A stretch of DNA of 64,000 nt, taken from the NCBI GenBank assembly GCA_963727625.1, contig CAVSHR010000005.1:800001-864000 (forward strand), read 5' to 3'. The first letter of the stretch is position 1. Each line of letters starts with the position of its first letter. Of this stretch, positions 47,936 through 58,446 are shown in pieces. This stretch comes from an uncultured delta proteobacterium. GTDB taxonomy: Bacteria > Desulfobacterota > Binatia > UBA9968. Made by a program: the position numbers and the translations under genes. The notes beneath the pieces are model-generated. The model had not been told where the DNA came from. It saw only the letters and a list, made by a program, of their open reading frames with translations, and did no database searches.

Positions 47936-49213
47936 TTAGAATTTACGTGTCGTCCATTTTGATTCGGCCACGAATTCGGCTCGGAACGAGGAGAGCGACA
48001 GCGCTGGATTCTCACCGCTCCCGTCGATCCACATATCAAAGACTATTTCTTTCTCCGGCGTCACCTCCATCAGCCGTGCCCGACAAAACCCCTTTCGATT
48101 ATCGCTGGTGGGTACACCGTCGATCGTACAGATCCCGCCATACGTCATGAAAGTATTCCCCGTCCGTGGTAGCCGATAAGCGCCGCCCTGGTAGCAACTG
48201 TAAAGCCTTTCGCCGGCAGCCTCTCCGTAAGACCAAACCTGTCTCACCGTCATGGCCGTTTCATCGACGGCAAATTCGACGATCCGGCTGTAGCTATTCT
48301 CATCCGGCATCCTCGGCTCAAAGGGCGTGGCGCGGTGGTTGCCGTTGTCGAAGCAAAGGATGGTGCCGGCCGGCGTCACGGAGCAGTCATGCTGATGATA
48401 TTGCCAGGCCAACGGCCCTTCCGGTTTGAGCAACCGATTCGACCATGGCGACCGCCAATTGCCGGGGTCGCCGAGAATCCATTTGATCTCACCGTTGTCA
48501 CGGCTGAACTTGACGATACAGTCCTGATTACGCAGTGAAACCAGGATCGAATTATCCGCGGCGTGGTACGTCACGCCATTGGCATGACCCCAATCGTTGC
48601 TTTCCTTGATCCCTCGCGACTCCCAATAGCGCGAACAGCTTCCGTAACAGAGGCGGTAGGGATCGAGCAGATCCAGCAGGGCCCAGCGATTGACGGTTTC
48701 ACCTTGCGGCGAGACCTCGACAATCACGTCGCCGACCACGCGGGCGGTGCGGCGCTTGGCGTCGGCGTCGCGATCATTCTCGGGCCAATCGGGGAACTCC
48801 CGCACCTCGGCGCTCATCAACAACAAATTGCCGTTGGGAAAAATATTGACCCGGTGATGCGAGAGCGGAAAGTCGATCTCGATACTCCCCGCCGCCGGGA
48901 TTCTGTCCTGCCATTTCCCTCGCATATGCCATTGCCGAACGGTCTCGCCGGATCTTGTGACTTCCCGGATAATTCCAGCCGCGGTGAGTGAAAACAACAA
49001 ATTGCCGTTGGGAAGGGCGCAGGTGTCCTGAGCGGGCGTGTCGAATTTTAAATTGAGGGGGAAATGGCCGCTTTGATCGACGCCGATAATCCAGCCATTG
49101 CCGCTGGTATCATCGCCACCGCCGGGACGAACGTTGAAGACCATCATGCCGGGCTCGCGCCGTTCGGCGATGCACTTTTCGATGCGAAGCGGCGCAAGAT
49201 TTTCCTGGCTCAT
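47936..49213 (-). CDS. Aryl-sulfate sulfotransferase family protein (no signal peptide)
   Basis: SHH, DWGHANG, VSLRNQD, WILG, QYHQHD, FDNGN and SRIVEF. Confidence 0.85.
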   Translation of the reverse strand: MSQENLAPLRIEKCIAERREPGMMVFNVRPGGGDDTSGNGWIIGVDQSGHFPLNLKFDTPAQDTCALPNGNLLFSLTAAGIIREVTRSGETVRQWHMRGKWQDRIPAAGSIEIDFPLSHHRVNIFPNGNLLLMSAEVREFPDWPENDRDADAKRRTARVVGDVIVEVSPQGETVNRWALLDLLDPYRLCYGSCSRYWESRGIKESNDWGHANGVTYHAADNSILVSLRNQDCIVKFSRDNGEIKWILGDPGNWRSPWSNRLLKPEGPLAWQYHQHDCSVTPAGTILCFDNGNHRATPFEPRMPDENSYSRIVEFAVDETAMTVRQVWSYGEAAGERLYSCYQGGAYRLPRTGNTFMTYGGICTIDGVPTSDNRKGFCRARLMEVTPEKEIVFDMWIDGSGENPALSLSSFRAEFVAESKWTTRKF

Positions 49214-49353
49214 GATGCCCTCCGATTCCCCGAGTCCATAGTTGCGATAGTTGCGTAAGACATGAGCGCGTGAGCGCGCCGGCGTCGACCCAAATTCCTG
49301 CTTCGGCAAAAAGGAGCATGCGATTTTTTGATGGCGAGATCAACGATCTGAAG

Positions 49354-50325
49354 TCACTGGATGAGGCGCTGGAACTCGGCGTCGTCAAAGAGCGAGGCAA
49401 AGGACTTGTTGCGCTTTAACTGGCCCTTCTGCGCGGTGTTGGAGGCGATGGCGCGCTCGATCGCTTTCAGTGCCGCCGCCTTGTTGCCCTGGCGCAGGCT
49501 GATGTCGGCCATTGCCACCAGTGCCAGATCGTCCTCGGGCGAGGCCTTGAGTGCGCTCTCGGCGAGTGCCATGGCGCCTGTGAGATCGTTCTTCTCGATG
49601 AGCGGGCCGATCCGGCCAATCATCTCGAAGCCGCGCGTGACACCCAGGATGCGGCGCAGCTCGACGAGCGGCTGCTTGTGGTCGTCGACACGGATGTCGA
49701 GCAGCGTGTCGTCATAGTCGGCGCGAACCAGCGGCTTGACGATCTTGAGCATCGCGCCCTGCATGCCGCGGCGGTCGCCGCCGGCAGCCTGGCCGGCATC
49801 GAGGGCAGCCAACAAGCGCTCCGCCAGGGGACCCTTCGCGGCCTCGAAGGCCTTGCCCATCTCCTCGATCACATCGCCATTGGCCAGCGTGTTGCCCTGC
49901 ACGCAGTAGGTCGGCGTGCACTTGTGGCCGGTCCATTCGGGGATCGTCTTGCTCGACCACGCGGCGCTGCGGCCCTGGATGTCGATGACGGCGACCTGGC
50001 GGTGGTTGGGCTCCTTGTCGGCGCGCAGCGCGAACTCGAGCGCCTGCTGCGGCGTCATCCCGCGCTCGATGCCGTCGATGATGAGTTTGCCGTACATCGG
50101 GTTGCAGGCCGACTGATGCGCGACAATAGCAACGCCGCCTTTGCCGGTGACAACACGGTTGCCGATCGACAGGGCCTTGGACTGCACACCGAGACCGAGC
50201 AGGCCCGTGTCCTTCTCCACGGCGATGATTGAGAATGTGCTGTCCGCGGGCGCGTACTGCCGGGTGGGCGTCTCTTCGGCAGTGGCAGCCGTCAGCGCCA
50301 ATTTAGAAGCTGCAATTGCTGCCAT
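49354..50325 (-). CDS. DUF1028 (Ntn-hydrolase-like) protein with TPR-like tail
   Basis: TFSIIA, VQGNTLA, ALDAGQAAGGDRRG and DIRVDDH. Confidence 0.88.
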   Translation of the reverse strand: MAAIAASKLALTAATAEETPTRQYAPADSTFSIIAVEKDTGLLGLGVQSKALSIGNRVVTGKGGVAIVAHQSACNPMYGKLIIDGIERGMTPQQALEFALRADKEPNHRQVAVIDIQGRSAAWSSKTIPEWTGHKCTPTYCVQGNTLANGDVIEEMGKAFEAAKGPLAERLLAALDAGQAAGGDRRGMQGAMLKIVKPLVRADYDDTLLDIRVDDHKQPLVELRRILGVTRGFEMIGRIGPLIEKNDLTGAMALAESALKASPEDDLALVAMADISLRQGNKAAALKAIERAIASNTAQKGQLKRNKSFASLFDDAEFQRLIQ

Positions 50326-50733
50326 CGTTGTCCCTCGCGTCGGGTGCCCCCTGCCCTATTTACAGTGAGAATAAAACCGCCTTTTTCTATGACCAAATTC
50401 ATATCGCAGGCCTGGTAGAGCGGTCAATTTCTTTCTGCTTGATGAAAAGCCACGAATGGAAAGCGATGGTCATTTACGGCGGCGGGAAAACTGCATTTCT
50501 TCGAGGAGAAAAAGCAAATTTTGCGGCACGAACTGTACGACGCATTACTTCGATGCTGCCGCAAATTGGATTGACGGAGAATTCAGTTCAATTTTACGGC
50601 TGACGACTCACGCTGCGCCACGCCGGACTAGTGATGTCAACCGCGAAAGCGGAACTGAAAGCGCTATCCGGCGTTGGCTCCAGCGCAATGTTCGTCTGTT
50701 CCGCGGGAACTGGAAATAGAGGTAGCATCGACC

Positions 50734-51075
50734 TTAAGAAGCGGGATCGAACCCGAACACTCGTAGCTCTTGGTGGCAGCGGCAGGCCTTCGCGATGCGC
50801 GCGGCCCACGCGATAGCCTCTTCGCGAGAGGGTAGTTCGAGCACCGTGAAGCCGCCATTGAGCGGAGGCGCCCACGAGTATCCGCCTGCGGAGAACGTGC
50901 CATCGGACGAGACGAGCACCGGCGGGACCGCTTCGTCGATACCGCCGCCGAAGACATATACGCCGGCGGCTTTTGCTTCGGCGATTACCGCGCGTGCGTC
51001 GCGACCAACCGCCTCCCATTCGCCATCGGGTACGACCATCGCTGCGCTTGGAAATGAGATTAGGTATTTCGCCAT
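50734..51075 (-). CDS. YCII/DGPF-related protein
   Basis: KYLISF, AGVYVFGGG and GGFTVLELPSREEAIAWA. Confidence 0.8.
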   Translation of the reverse strand: MAKYLISFPSAAMVVPDGEWEAVGRDARAVIAEAKAAGVYVFGGGIDEAVPPVLVSSDGTFSAGGYSWAPPLNGGFTVLELPSREEAIAWAARIAKACRCHQELRVFGFDPAS

Positions 51076-51281
51076 AGAACTCTTTCTTTAGGAATTAGAA
51101 GACAGTCGTGCGCGAAGTTATTTGCCGAACTATGAAGTGGAGCCGCCGTATGTTAGCAACAATTGTTGGTCAGCTTATCTCGGCGACCGCTCGGACAATA
51201 AAAGCTCAAATTGCGCGCAATATCCATAGAGTGACACAGATCGAGGTGCTAACGTGACGCTAGAAGCCCACGGAGGCGTAC

Positions 51282-51785
51282 ATGTCCTTCCTTACTGGCG
51301 AACAGAAAGACCTTGCGAACGAGATCGCCGCCCTACTGACCGCGCGCGGCGAGACGGTTTGCGTGGCGGAGTCCACCACCGGAGGCCTCGTGTCCGCGGC
51401 GCTGCTGTGGGTGGCCGGCGCGTCCAAGTACTACGCCGGTGGCAGCGTGCTCTACACGCTTGGCTCGCGCACGGCGCTGGCGGGTGTGCCGACATCGATG
51501 TTTGAGAACTACCGCGGCACCACGCCGGAGATGATCGCCGCCATCGCCGACGCCATGCGCCAGCGCCTGGGCGCCACCTGGTGCATCGCCGAATCCGGCC
51601 TCGCCGGTCCCACGCGAGGCCGATCCGGCCTGCCACCCGGCCGCACGACGATCTGCGTCTGCGGCCCTGTAACGCGGGTCAACGTGCAGCAGACCGGCCT
51701 GCCGGACCGAGAGCCCAACATGATCGCCTTTACGACGCTGACGCTACGCTATCTGCGGGACGCGATTAAAGAGGCGGAGCATTAG
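51282..51785 (+). CDS. CinA C-terminal/PncC-like protein
   Basis: VAESTTGGLVS, GASKYY and SGLAGP. GGAGG RBS. Confidence 0.85.
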   Translation: MSFLTGEQKDLANEIAALLTARGETVCVAESTTGGLVSAALLWVAGASKYYAGGSVLYTLGSRTALAGVPTSMFENYRGTTPEMIAAIADAMRQRLGATWCIAESGLAGPTRGRSGLPPGRTTICVCGPVTRVNVQQTGLPDREPNMIAFTTLTLRYLRDAIKEAEH

Positions 51786-52102
51786 GAGTTCGCCCCGCAG
51801 AAGCTACGGTGTTGGGCAGCCAAATTTGGCGAAATCCGAAATCAGTGTCGCTAAGAAAAATTTACCGTCGGCAGATCCACATCGGCACTTCCTGGTTCCT
51901 TTGGCGTTTCCACTCATAGAAGCCATCTACCGGAATTAGACAACACTGCGTTGCTTCTTACCTGGTCGATAAAACGCTAAGCTTCCGACCGCGATCGATT
52001 CGGACCAACGCGCTGGCGAGCGTCGATGGGGCTGCGCGGCTTGAATGTTTGCATCGGTTGTTTCAACCGATCGCGACAATTGCAATATTAGACCGAACCA
52101 AG

Positions 52103-52693
52103 ATGAACCCGCGAATCTCGCTCAGCGACCTCGTCGTCAGATTGGAATCGGCCGAGCACACGATCGCCTATTTCAATACGCCGCTGCCGGAACCCCTGCT
52201 CGACGGATTGCGTCTTCTGGCCGGGCGGCGCGGCCGCGGCAGCGTCGATCTGGTCGTCGAACAGATTGACGATGTCGCCTATCTCAAAAAATTGAATTTT
52301 GCCGGTGCATCAGTGTACAACGGCGGCGGTTTGCCGCGGGAGACCTTGGTCATAGTCGATCGAAATCAAGGCTATTGGTTAGGCACCGACACAGATGCCA
52401 CCGGGGGCGCTCTGGCGGCGGCCGATAACGCGCCGGACCTCTATATCAAATTGCTCTGGCGCCGATTCGGCCTGGCGGTCTCTTATGAGGGCGAACTGAA
52501 GGAAGTTTATCCTGACACTGGGTTGTTTTGCGTCGGGTTGGAAGAAGAACGAGAGCTGTGGTGTCGTGTCAGCCAATCACGAAGCATTGGCTTACCGGCG
52601 GCGGGCGCCAGAGTTCGACTGTTCGGCTGGATCAAGTGGAACAGCCAGATCATGGAAGTCTTGGAGTTCGCTCAACTTGACCCCAAGACATGA
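52103..52693 (+). CDS. Hypothetical protein
   Basis: Long ORF with normal coding character and no confident family. The start is uncertain. Confidence 0.6.
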   Translation: MNPRISLSDLVVRLESAEHTIAYFNTPLPEPLLDGLRLLAGRRGRGSVDLVVEQIDDVAYLKKLNFAGASVYNGGGLPRETLVIVDRNQGYWLGTDTDATGGALAAADNAPDLYIKLLWRRFGLAVSYEGELKEVYPDTGLFCVGLEEERELWCRVSQSRSIGLPAAGARVRLFGWIKWNSQIMEVLEFAQLDPKT

Positions 52694-52734
52694 CCTTTAC
52701 GGGCTGTTACTTCTGGATTTATTGGGAGCGACGC

Positions 52735-53052
52735 CTATTGGAGGCCAAGCCAAGCACGTACCGACGCCTCGACGGACTTCAGATCTTCAGCTCGAAGCGC
52801 ACCGACACGCCGAATCAATCTGGCTTCAGGGATGGTCACGAGATTCTGGGCATCGAATACGCCTGCTTTTAGAAACATCGCTCGCACGGCTACCTCAAAT
52901 CGGCCACCCCGAGGACTCGTGGTATGAGCAACTGCTGTAATGAGGGAACGCTCCTGGTCGGAAAAAGGAACACTGAGGACCAAACAAGGACGGATTTTAG
53001 CCGCCAAACCCAAATCGACGATCCAGACTTCGCCGCGATTAGCTTTGGCCAT
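52735..53052 (-). CDS. PemK/MazF-family toxin
   Basis: RGEVWIVDLGLAAKIRPCLVLS, HTTS and DAQNLVTI. Confidence 0.9.
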   Translation of the reverse strand: MAKANRGEVWIVDLGLAAKIRPCLVLSVPFSDQERSLITAVAHTTSPRGGRFEVAVRAMFLKAGVFDAQNLVTIPEARLIRRVGALRAEDLKSVEASVRAWLGLQ

Positions 53053-53236
53053 CCGCGGTTTCGCGCTTGTCTAGCTCAAGAAATATATCTTCGGCTTGTA
53101 CCACCAGGTCCTCGTCTGTGAGAGGCGGTGAATCCAGGTGCAAGGCGCGTTGGAGTATGGCACGCACCACGTCCCGCTTTTCGGTGTCCGGGAGCTTATC
53201 GAACGATTTCAAGATGGCCTTTGCAGAATTTGTCAT
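53039..53236 (-). CDS. Putative antitoxin for the MazF toxin
   Basis: 65-aa ORF with an acidic C-terminus, overlapping the toxin start. Confidence 0.7.
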   Translation of the reverse strand: MTNSAKAILKSFDKLPDTEKRDVVRAILQRALHLDSPPLTDEDLVVQAEDIFLELDKRETADGQS

Positions 53237-53310
53237 GTCTGGCCTCACGCCCGATAATGATAATGCCACATCGAAGACGAAAAGACATGCCCCCGCTACA
53301 GTCCGGCCCA

Positions 53311-53406
53311 TCACTTCTGGATCGGGCGGAACTTCGGCAGGCTGATCTCGGGCGTGACGTCGTCCCAGGCGACTTCGACGCGCATGCCGATATCGACTTC
53401 TTTCGG
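53311..53406 (-). pseudogene. Duplicate 3' end of the DUF35 OB-fold gene (direct repeat of 54361-54456)
   Basis: 96 bp with 5 mismatches counted by eye, including the stop codon. Confidence 0.92.
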
Positions 53407-53455
53407 TTGATGGAATCAGGCCTACGTATTACTAAGAGCAGAACATAGGTTCCCG

Positions 53456-53581
53456 CTACAGTCCGTAGACACGACGCAGGTTGTCACAGAAAATCTTTTC
53501 GATCACCGCCGACGATAAGCTTTTCTTGCGCCTCATCACACCCACCATGCCGTCTTCTTTGGATTGATCTTGGTGGCCGTA
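53456..53581 (-). pseudogene. 3' remnant of an amidohydrolase-family gene
   Basis: YGHQDQSKEDGMV...VIEKIFCDNLRRVYGL* resembles the amidohydrolase_2 C-terminus. Confidence 0.6.
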
Positions 53582-53596
53582 TACATCCGGTGACGC

Positions 53597-54055
53597 CTAA
53601 TTTCGCCGGACTCGCTGGATATCAAAACACGGTGGATGCGGCCCAGGATCGAAAGTTACGACAAAGTTGTCAAAGAACCCGACCTGCCCCAAGAGGTTCT
53701 CGCTCAAGTCCCAGCAGAATCCGGCTTTGATGTCGACGATTTCCGAAGCGACAACGAGTTTCACGTTATGGAAATAAACTTTGGCACGGGGTCCAGCGAT
53801 GACTCCACCCAAATCGCCTTCCGATCCACTATCGATTTTGATGCCGATAGAGGCGCCGATCATTGCGTTGAAAAGGCAATAGTCGGAGCCTGTGTCCACT
53901 ACGGCTTCGAAACGTTTGCTAGTCGCGTGATTGCCAGAAATGATTTGAACCGGAAGCACTGGCCGCCAGACTCTCGTCTGTTCCGGCACCCCTCGATTGC
54001 GAAAAGGAAACGATCGATAGGCTATTCGCAAGGCGAAAATACCCTGGGTTCCCAA
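53597..54055 (-). CDS. Retropepsin-like aspartic protease
   Basis: RPVLPV, AVVDTGSD and NLLGQVGFFDNFVVTFD. The start is uncertain. Confidence 0.8.
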   Translation of the reverse strand: MGTQGIFALRIAYRSFPFRNRGVPEQTRVWRPVLPVQIISGNHATSKRFEAVVDTGSDYCLFNAMIGASIGIKIDSGSEGDLGGVIAGPRAKVYFHNVKLVVASEIVDIKAGFCWDLSENLLGQVGFFDNFVVTFDPGPHPPCFDIQRVRRN

Positions 54056-54228
54056 GTGTCAGGGATTTGAATCAGCAGCGGGTCGTTTTCACCATGTTTC
54101 CGCGCGTCTTCAACCGCCTGCTGGTATGTATCGCCACGGCCGACGAGCTTGGATTCGTCGCTGGAAAAGGCAACCCAGCTCTTCGGCTTGGATTCGCTCA
54201 AAATGCGAACGCGTTCATCGTCGGTCAT
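54022..54228 (-). CDS. DUF5678-like small protein
   Basis: KSWVAFSSDESKLVGRGDTYQQAVEDARKHGENDPLLIQIP. Confidence 0.65.
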   Translation of the reverse strand: MTDDERVRILSESKPKSWVAFSSDESKLVGRGDTYQQAVEDARKHGENDPLLIQIPDTWEPRVFSPCE

Positions 54229-54360
54229 CATAACGGGGTTAGTATATTGCGCGGCGACGTCTTTTCAAGCTGCTGCGCTCAAGTGCCGTAGGCAATCAAA
54301 GTCAAACGGTTCACTTAAAGACGAAAAGACAAACCCCCGCTTCAGTCCGCTTGCGAGTTA

Positions 54361-54792
54361 TCACTTCTGAATCGGCCGGAACTTCGGCAGGCTGATCTCG
54401 GGCGTGACGTCGTCCCAGGCGACTTCAACCCGCATGCCGATCTCGACTTCTTTCGGATCGATCCCGACCACATTGCTGTGCATGCGCACGCCCTCGTCCA
54501 GCTCGACGATGGCGAGCACGTAGGGCACGTCTTCAGCGAACGCCGGGTGGGCCGGCTGGTAAGAGATCGAGGAAGCGTAGACCCAACCCTTCCCGCTCGA
54601 CTCGACCCACTCCAGCGTCCCGACACCGAAACACTCGGGCCCAGGGCAGATGTCGCGCGGGTAGAAAACCCGGGTTCCACATGCGCTGCAGCGTTGGTAG
54701 GTAAGGCGATGTTCCTTCGCAGCATCCCAGAATGGCCGGCTGACGTGGGATGGGGTAGGAAGAGGCTTTTTGTATTCGCTCGTAGTGGCCAT
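54361..54792 (-). CDS. DUF35 Zn-ribbon/OB-fold protein
   Basis: PFWDAA, QRCSACG...YPRDICP..C and VPYVLAIVELDEG. Confidence 0.92.
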   Translation of the reverse strand: MATTSEYKKPLPTPSHVSRPFWDAAKEHRLTYQRCSACGTRVFYPRDICPGPECFGVGTLEWVESSGKGWVYASSISYQPAHPAFAEDVPYVLAIVELDEGVRMHSNVVGIDPKEVEIGMRVEVAWDDVTPEISLPKFRPIQK

Positions 54793-54818
54793 CTCGTGAC
54801 TCCTTCGCTTGGGTTTTT

Positions 54819-56009
54819 CTATAATGCCGCGTCGCTCGCTAGCAGCAGCGCCGACTGCTGGGAGAAGGTGCCGCCGGAGCCTGTCACATAGATCAAATCG
54901 GTCGGACCCGGCACCTGGTGCTCGCCGCCGTCGCGACGGATCTGGCGCACCGCCTCGGTGACCTGGGCACAGCCACCCGCGGTCGACGCCTGGCCATAGG
55001 AGAGCTGACCGCCATGCGTGTTCAGCGGCTTATCGCCTTTGAAGGTCAAATCGTGATCCTGCACCCAGTCGCCGGCGGTGCCTTTCGGACAGAAGCCAGA
55101 CTCTTCCAGCTCACACATCACGGTGATGGTGAATGAGTCGTAAATCTCCATGACCTGGACATCGGACGGACCGTAGCCCGCCATGGCAAACGCTTTGCGC
55201 GCGGCCCGACCCACCGGGGAGATGGTGATCTCCCCGACGTGCGTCAAGTTGCCGCGCGATACGCCGTTGGCGCCGCCGAGCACGTAGGCCGGCTTATGGC
55301 GCATGCCGCGCGCGATGTCCGCCCGGGCCACGACGAACGCGCACGCCCCGGCGCAGGGCATGACGCATTCCAATAAATGAAGTGGATCGGCCACGATGCG
55401 CGACTTGACCACGTCGTCGACCGTAATCGGCACGTCGTGCCAGATAGCCATCGGATTGTGGTTGGCGTTGTAGCGCAGGTCCACGCTGATCTTGGCGCGC
55501 TTCTCCACGGTAGCGCCGTACAGCTTCTCGTAGCGCTTGGCGATCATGGCGTACCAGCCGTTCGCCCCCACGGTCGGGCCGAAGGGTGCGGCGAACTCAG
55601 AGGTCGCCGTTTCGGTGTGACCCGGCCCAGCTGGGCGTCGGGGACGCGAGCCGTCGATCGCGGCACTCATGCCGCAGAGCACATAGTCACACAAGCCCGC
55701 GTTGATGTAAGCCGCCGCCTGCAGTGCCATCGTGACTCCGGCCGCGCCTTGCGCATCACAGCCGGTGGCGAAGGTTGGGTAGATGCCCATGTATTCGGCC
55801 ATCTTCGTGTTGTAGCCGCTCCCGGTCGGGGTCATGCCCTCTTCCAGGATCATCCCGTCAATGTCCGCCTTGGTCAGCCCAGCATCTTGAATCGCAAGAT
55901 ACGCCGCCTCAGCCAGCAAGCTCATCGCATCGCGGCCCGGCCGCGTGCGCTCCGGCTTCAGCTCGCCAATCCCGACGATAGCGGCCGCGCCGCGCATGTT
56001 GTCCCTCAT
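54819..56009 (-). CDS. Thiolase-family protein (SCP-x/Ltp2-like)
   Basis: AAIVGIGE, IYDSF and NTHGGQLS. Paired with DUF35. Confidence 0.9.
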   Translation of the reverse strand: MRDNMRGAAAIVGIGELKPERTRPGRDAMSLLAEAAYLAIQDAGLTKADIDGMILEEGMTPTGSGYNTKMAEYMGIYPTFATGCDAQGAAGVTMALQAAAYINAGLCDYVLCGMSAAIDGSRPRRPAGPGHTETATSEFAAPFGPTVGANGWYAMIAKRYEKLYGATVEKRAKISVDLRYNANHNPMAIWHDVPITVDDVVKSRIVADPLHLLECVMPCAGACAFVVARADIARGMRHKPAYVLGGANGVSRGNLTHVGEITISPVGRAARKAFAMAGYGPSDVQVMEIYDSFTITVMCELEESGFCPKGTAGDWVQDHDLTFKGDKPLNTHGGQLSYGQASTAGGCAQVTEAVRQIRRDGGEHQVPGPTDLIYVTGSGGTFSQQSALLLASDAAL

Positions 56010-56529
56010 ACCCGCTCCCTCAGATCATGAGAAAATCGCTTGCCGGCTCTTTGCACCAGCGCGGGCATTCTGCTTTGCCTGTCCGCGGTCGTCAAGAGCA
56101 AGAAGGGTCGCTTAAAGCACAGATTTTTAGGGTTAGATCTTGTTTCTTGACATTCTGAACAATTTTCCCACGGTTTGCCCGGGCCTCCCTCTAACGACGT
56201 TGCAACCATTGCAAGGGCCGCATTTTAACTTGAAACTTTCGGCTATTTCGGCCATCGCGAGATCCTGGGGCAAGGTTTCCCGAGCCGGACCACCGTCGGG
56301 TGCCAGCCAACGCCAGCCATCAGCCTTGCTCGCTCTGAACGCCGGCAAGTGCCGGAATTGAATCACTGCAGTTGACCGAAGAAACATTCGGATCTTTACG
56401 AACTTCTCCGAAGGTTGGCACCCCCGCCGGTTGAACACTTTATCTCCGCTCAGAAAAAGGAAGGCGGTTTGAATTTCCTAAATTGATAACATAAATATTT
56501 ATTTTATTTGAATATATGGGATAGATGCC

Positions 56530-58446
56530 ATGACTGAGACCTCCACCAAAGAAACCCACGGCTTCCAGGCCGAAGTCAAACAACTGCTCAAGCTGATGAT
56601 TCACTCCTTGTACAGCAACAAGGAGATTTTTTTGCGCGAGCTGATTTCCAATGCGTCGGACGCAGCCGACAAGCTGCGCTTCGAGGCGTTGACCGACAAG
56701 GCGCTGATGGAAAGCGATGCCGAGTTAAAAATCCGCGTGGCATTCGATCCCAAGGCGCGCACCATCACGGTGAGCGATAACGGCATCGGCATGTCGCGCG
56801 ATGAAGTCATCGCCAACATTGGCACCATTGCCAAATCGGGCACGCGCGAGTTTCTGAATACTCTAACCGGCGATCAGGCGAAAGACGCCAATCTCATCGG
56901 CCAGTTCGGCGTGGGCTTTTATTCCTCGTTTGTGGTGGCCGACAAGGTTACGGTGGTGACGCGCCGCGCGGGACTCACCAAGGAACACGGCGTGCGCTGG
57001 GAGTCCGATGGCGGTGGCGATTACACGCTGGAGGTCGTCGATCAGGAAACCCGCGGCACGGCAGTCACCCTGCACCTGCGCGACGGCGAAGACGATCTGG
57101 CCAACGCCAACCGGCTGCGCACTATCATTCGCAAATATTCCGATCACATTAGCGTGCCGATCGTGATGAAAGAGGAGGAATGGGACAAGGACAACTCGGT
57201 ATATCGTACGACCGGCAAGGACCAGACCGTCAATCAGGCCGGCGCGCTATGGGCCCGCAGCAAGAGCGAAATTACCGAAGAGCAATACCACGAGTTCTAC
57301 AAGCACGTGGCGCACGATTTCGAAGCGCCGCTGGCGTATTCGCACAACAAGATCGAAGGGCTCAAGGAATACACGCAGTTGCTCTATATCCCCGCGCGGG
57401 CGCCGTTTGATCTATGGGAGCGCGAGCACCGCCGCGGTGTCAAGTTGTATGTGCGCCGGGTGTTTATCATGGACGACGCCGAGCAATTGCTGCCGGTGTA
57501 TCTCAGGTTTGTGCGCGGCGTGATCGATTCGGCGGATTTGCCGCTGAATGTGTCGCGTGAAATCCTCCAGGAATCGAAGGACATCGAGGCGATGCGCGCG
57601 GGCAACGTCAAGCGCGTGCTGTCGATGATCGAAGATTTGGCCGAGAACGACAAGGAAAAATTCGCCACGTTCTGGAAGGAATTCGGCCGGGTCATCAAGG
57701 AAGGCGTGGTCGAAGATTACGCCAACCGCGAGCGCATTGCGAAGATCCTGCGTTTCGCCTCGACCCACACCGATACCGACACCCAGGACGTTTCGCTGGC
57801 GGATTACATTGCCCGCATGAAGCCGGAGCAGGAAAAAATCTACTTTGTCACCGCCGAAACGTTCGCGGCCGCGAAGAACAGCCCGCATCTGGAAGTGTTT
57901 CGCAAAAAAGGTGTTGAGGTGCTGCTGATGGCCGATCGCGTCGACGAATGGGTGATGCAGCATTTCACCGAGTTCGAGGGCAAGCCGTTGCAGTCGGTTG
58001 CGAAAGGCCGCCTCGAACTGGGCAAGCTCGAGGACGAAGAAGAGAAAAAGGCGCAGGAAAAAGAAGAGGGAGAATCCAAACCGCTGCTGGAGCGCATCAG
58101 GAAATCACTCGGCGATACCGTCAAGGATGTGCGCGTCACGCTGCGCTTGACCGATTCACCGGCGTGTCTGGTAGCCGACGATGACGACATCGGCGCCAAC
58201 TTACAGCGCATGCTCAAGGCCGCGGGTCAGAATGTGCCTGCCTCCAAGCCCATTCTCGAAATCAACCCGCATCACCCGCTGGTGCTGCGCCTCAAAGATG
58301 AGGCCGACGAAACGCACTTTAGCGATCTTGCGAAGGTGTTGTTCGATCAGTCGCTGCTGGCCGAAGGCGGCCAACTCGAAGACCCGGCGGGTTTTGTGAA
58401 GCGCCTGAATCAACTGATGTTAGCGTTGGGGCAGCCTGCCGTGTAG
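56530..58446 (+). CDS. htpG: Chaperone HtpG (Hsp90)
   Basis: [39 protein letters not shown] and LEINPHHPL. Confidence 0.98.
   Translation: MTETSTKETHGFQAEVKQLLKLMIHSLYSNKEIFLRELISNASDAADKLRFEALTDKALMESDAELKIRVAFDPKARTITVSDNGIGMSRDEVIANIGTIAKSGTREFLNTLTGDQAKDANLIGQFGVGFYSSFVVADKVTVVTRRAGLTKEHGVRWESDGGGDYTLEVVDQETRGTAVTLHLRDGEDDLANANRLRTIIRKYSDHISVPIVMKEEEWDKDNSVYRTTGKDQTVNQAGALWARSKSEITEEQYHEFYKHVAHDFEAPLAYSHNKIEGLKEYTQLLYIPARAPFDLWEREHRRGVKLYVRRVFIMDDAEQLLPVYLRFVRGVIDSADLPLNVSREILQESKDIEAMRAGNVKRVLSMIEDLAENDKEKFATFWKEFGRVIKEGVVEDYANRERIAKILRFASTHTDTDTQDVSLADYIARMKPEQEKIYFVTAETFAAAKNSPHLEVFRKKGVEVLLMADRVDEWVMQHFTEFEGKPLQSVAKGRLELGKLEDEEEKKAQEKEEGESKPLLERIRKSLGDTVKDVRVTLRLTDSPACLVADDDDIGANLQRMLKAAGQNVPASKPILEINPHHPLVLRLKDEADETHFSDLAKVLFDQSLLAEGGQLEDPAGFVKRLNQLMLALGQPAV

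Noticed and set aside
50405-50480. tggtagagcg resembles a tRNA D-arm
   Set aside because: No T-arm (GTTCGA) or acceptor stem follows.
56210-56440. Possible RidA-like remnant (FPSRTTVGC) or structured leader before htpG
   Set aside because: The match is too short and I see no supportable structure.
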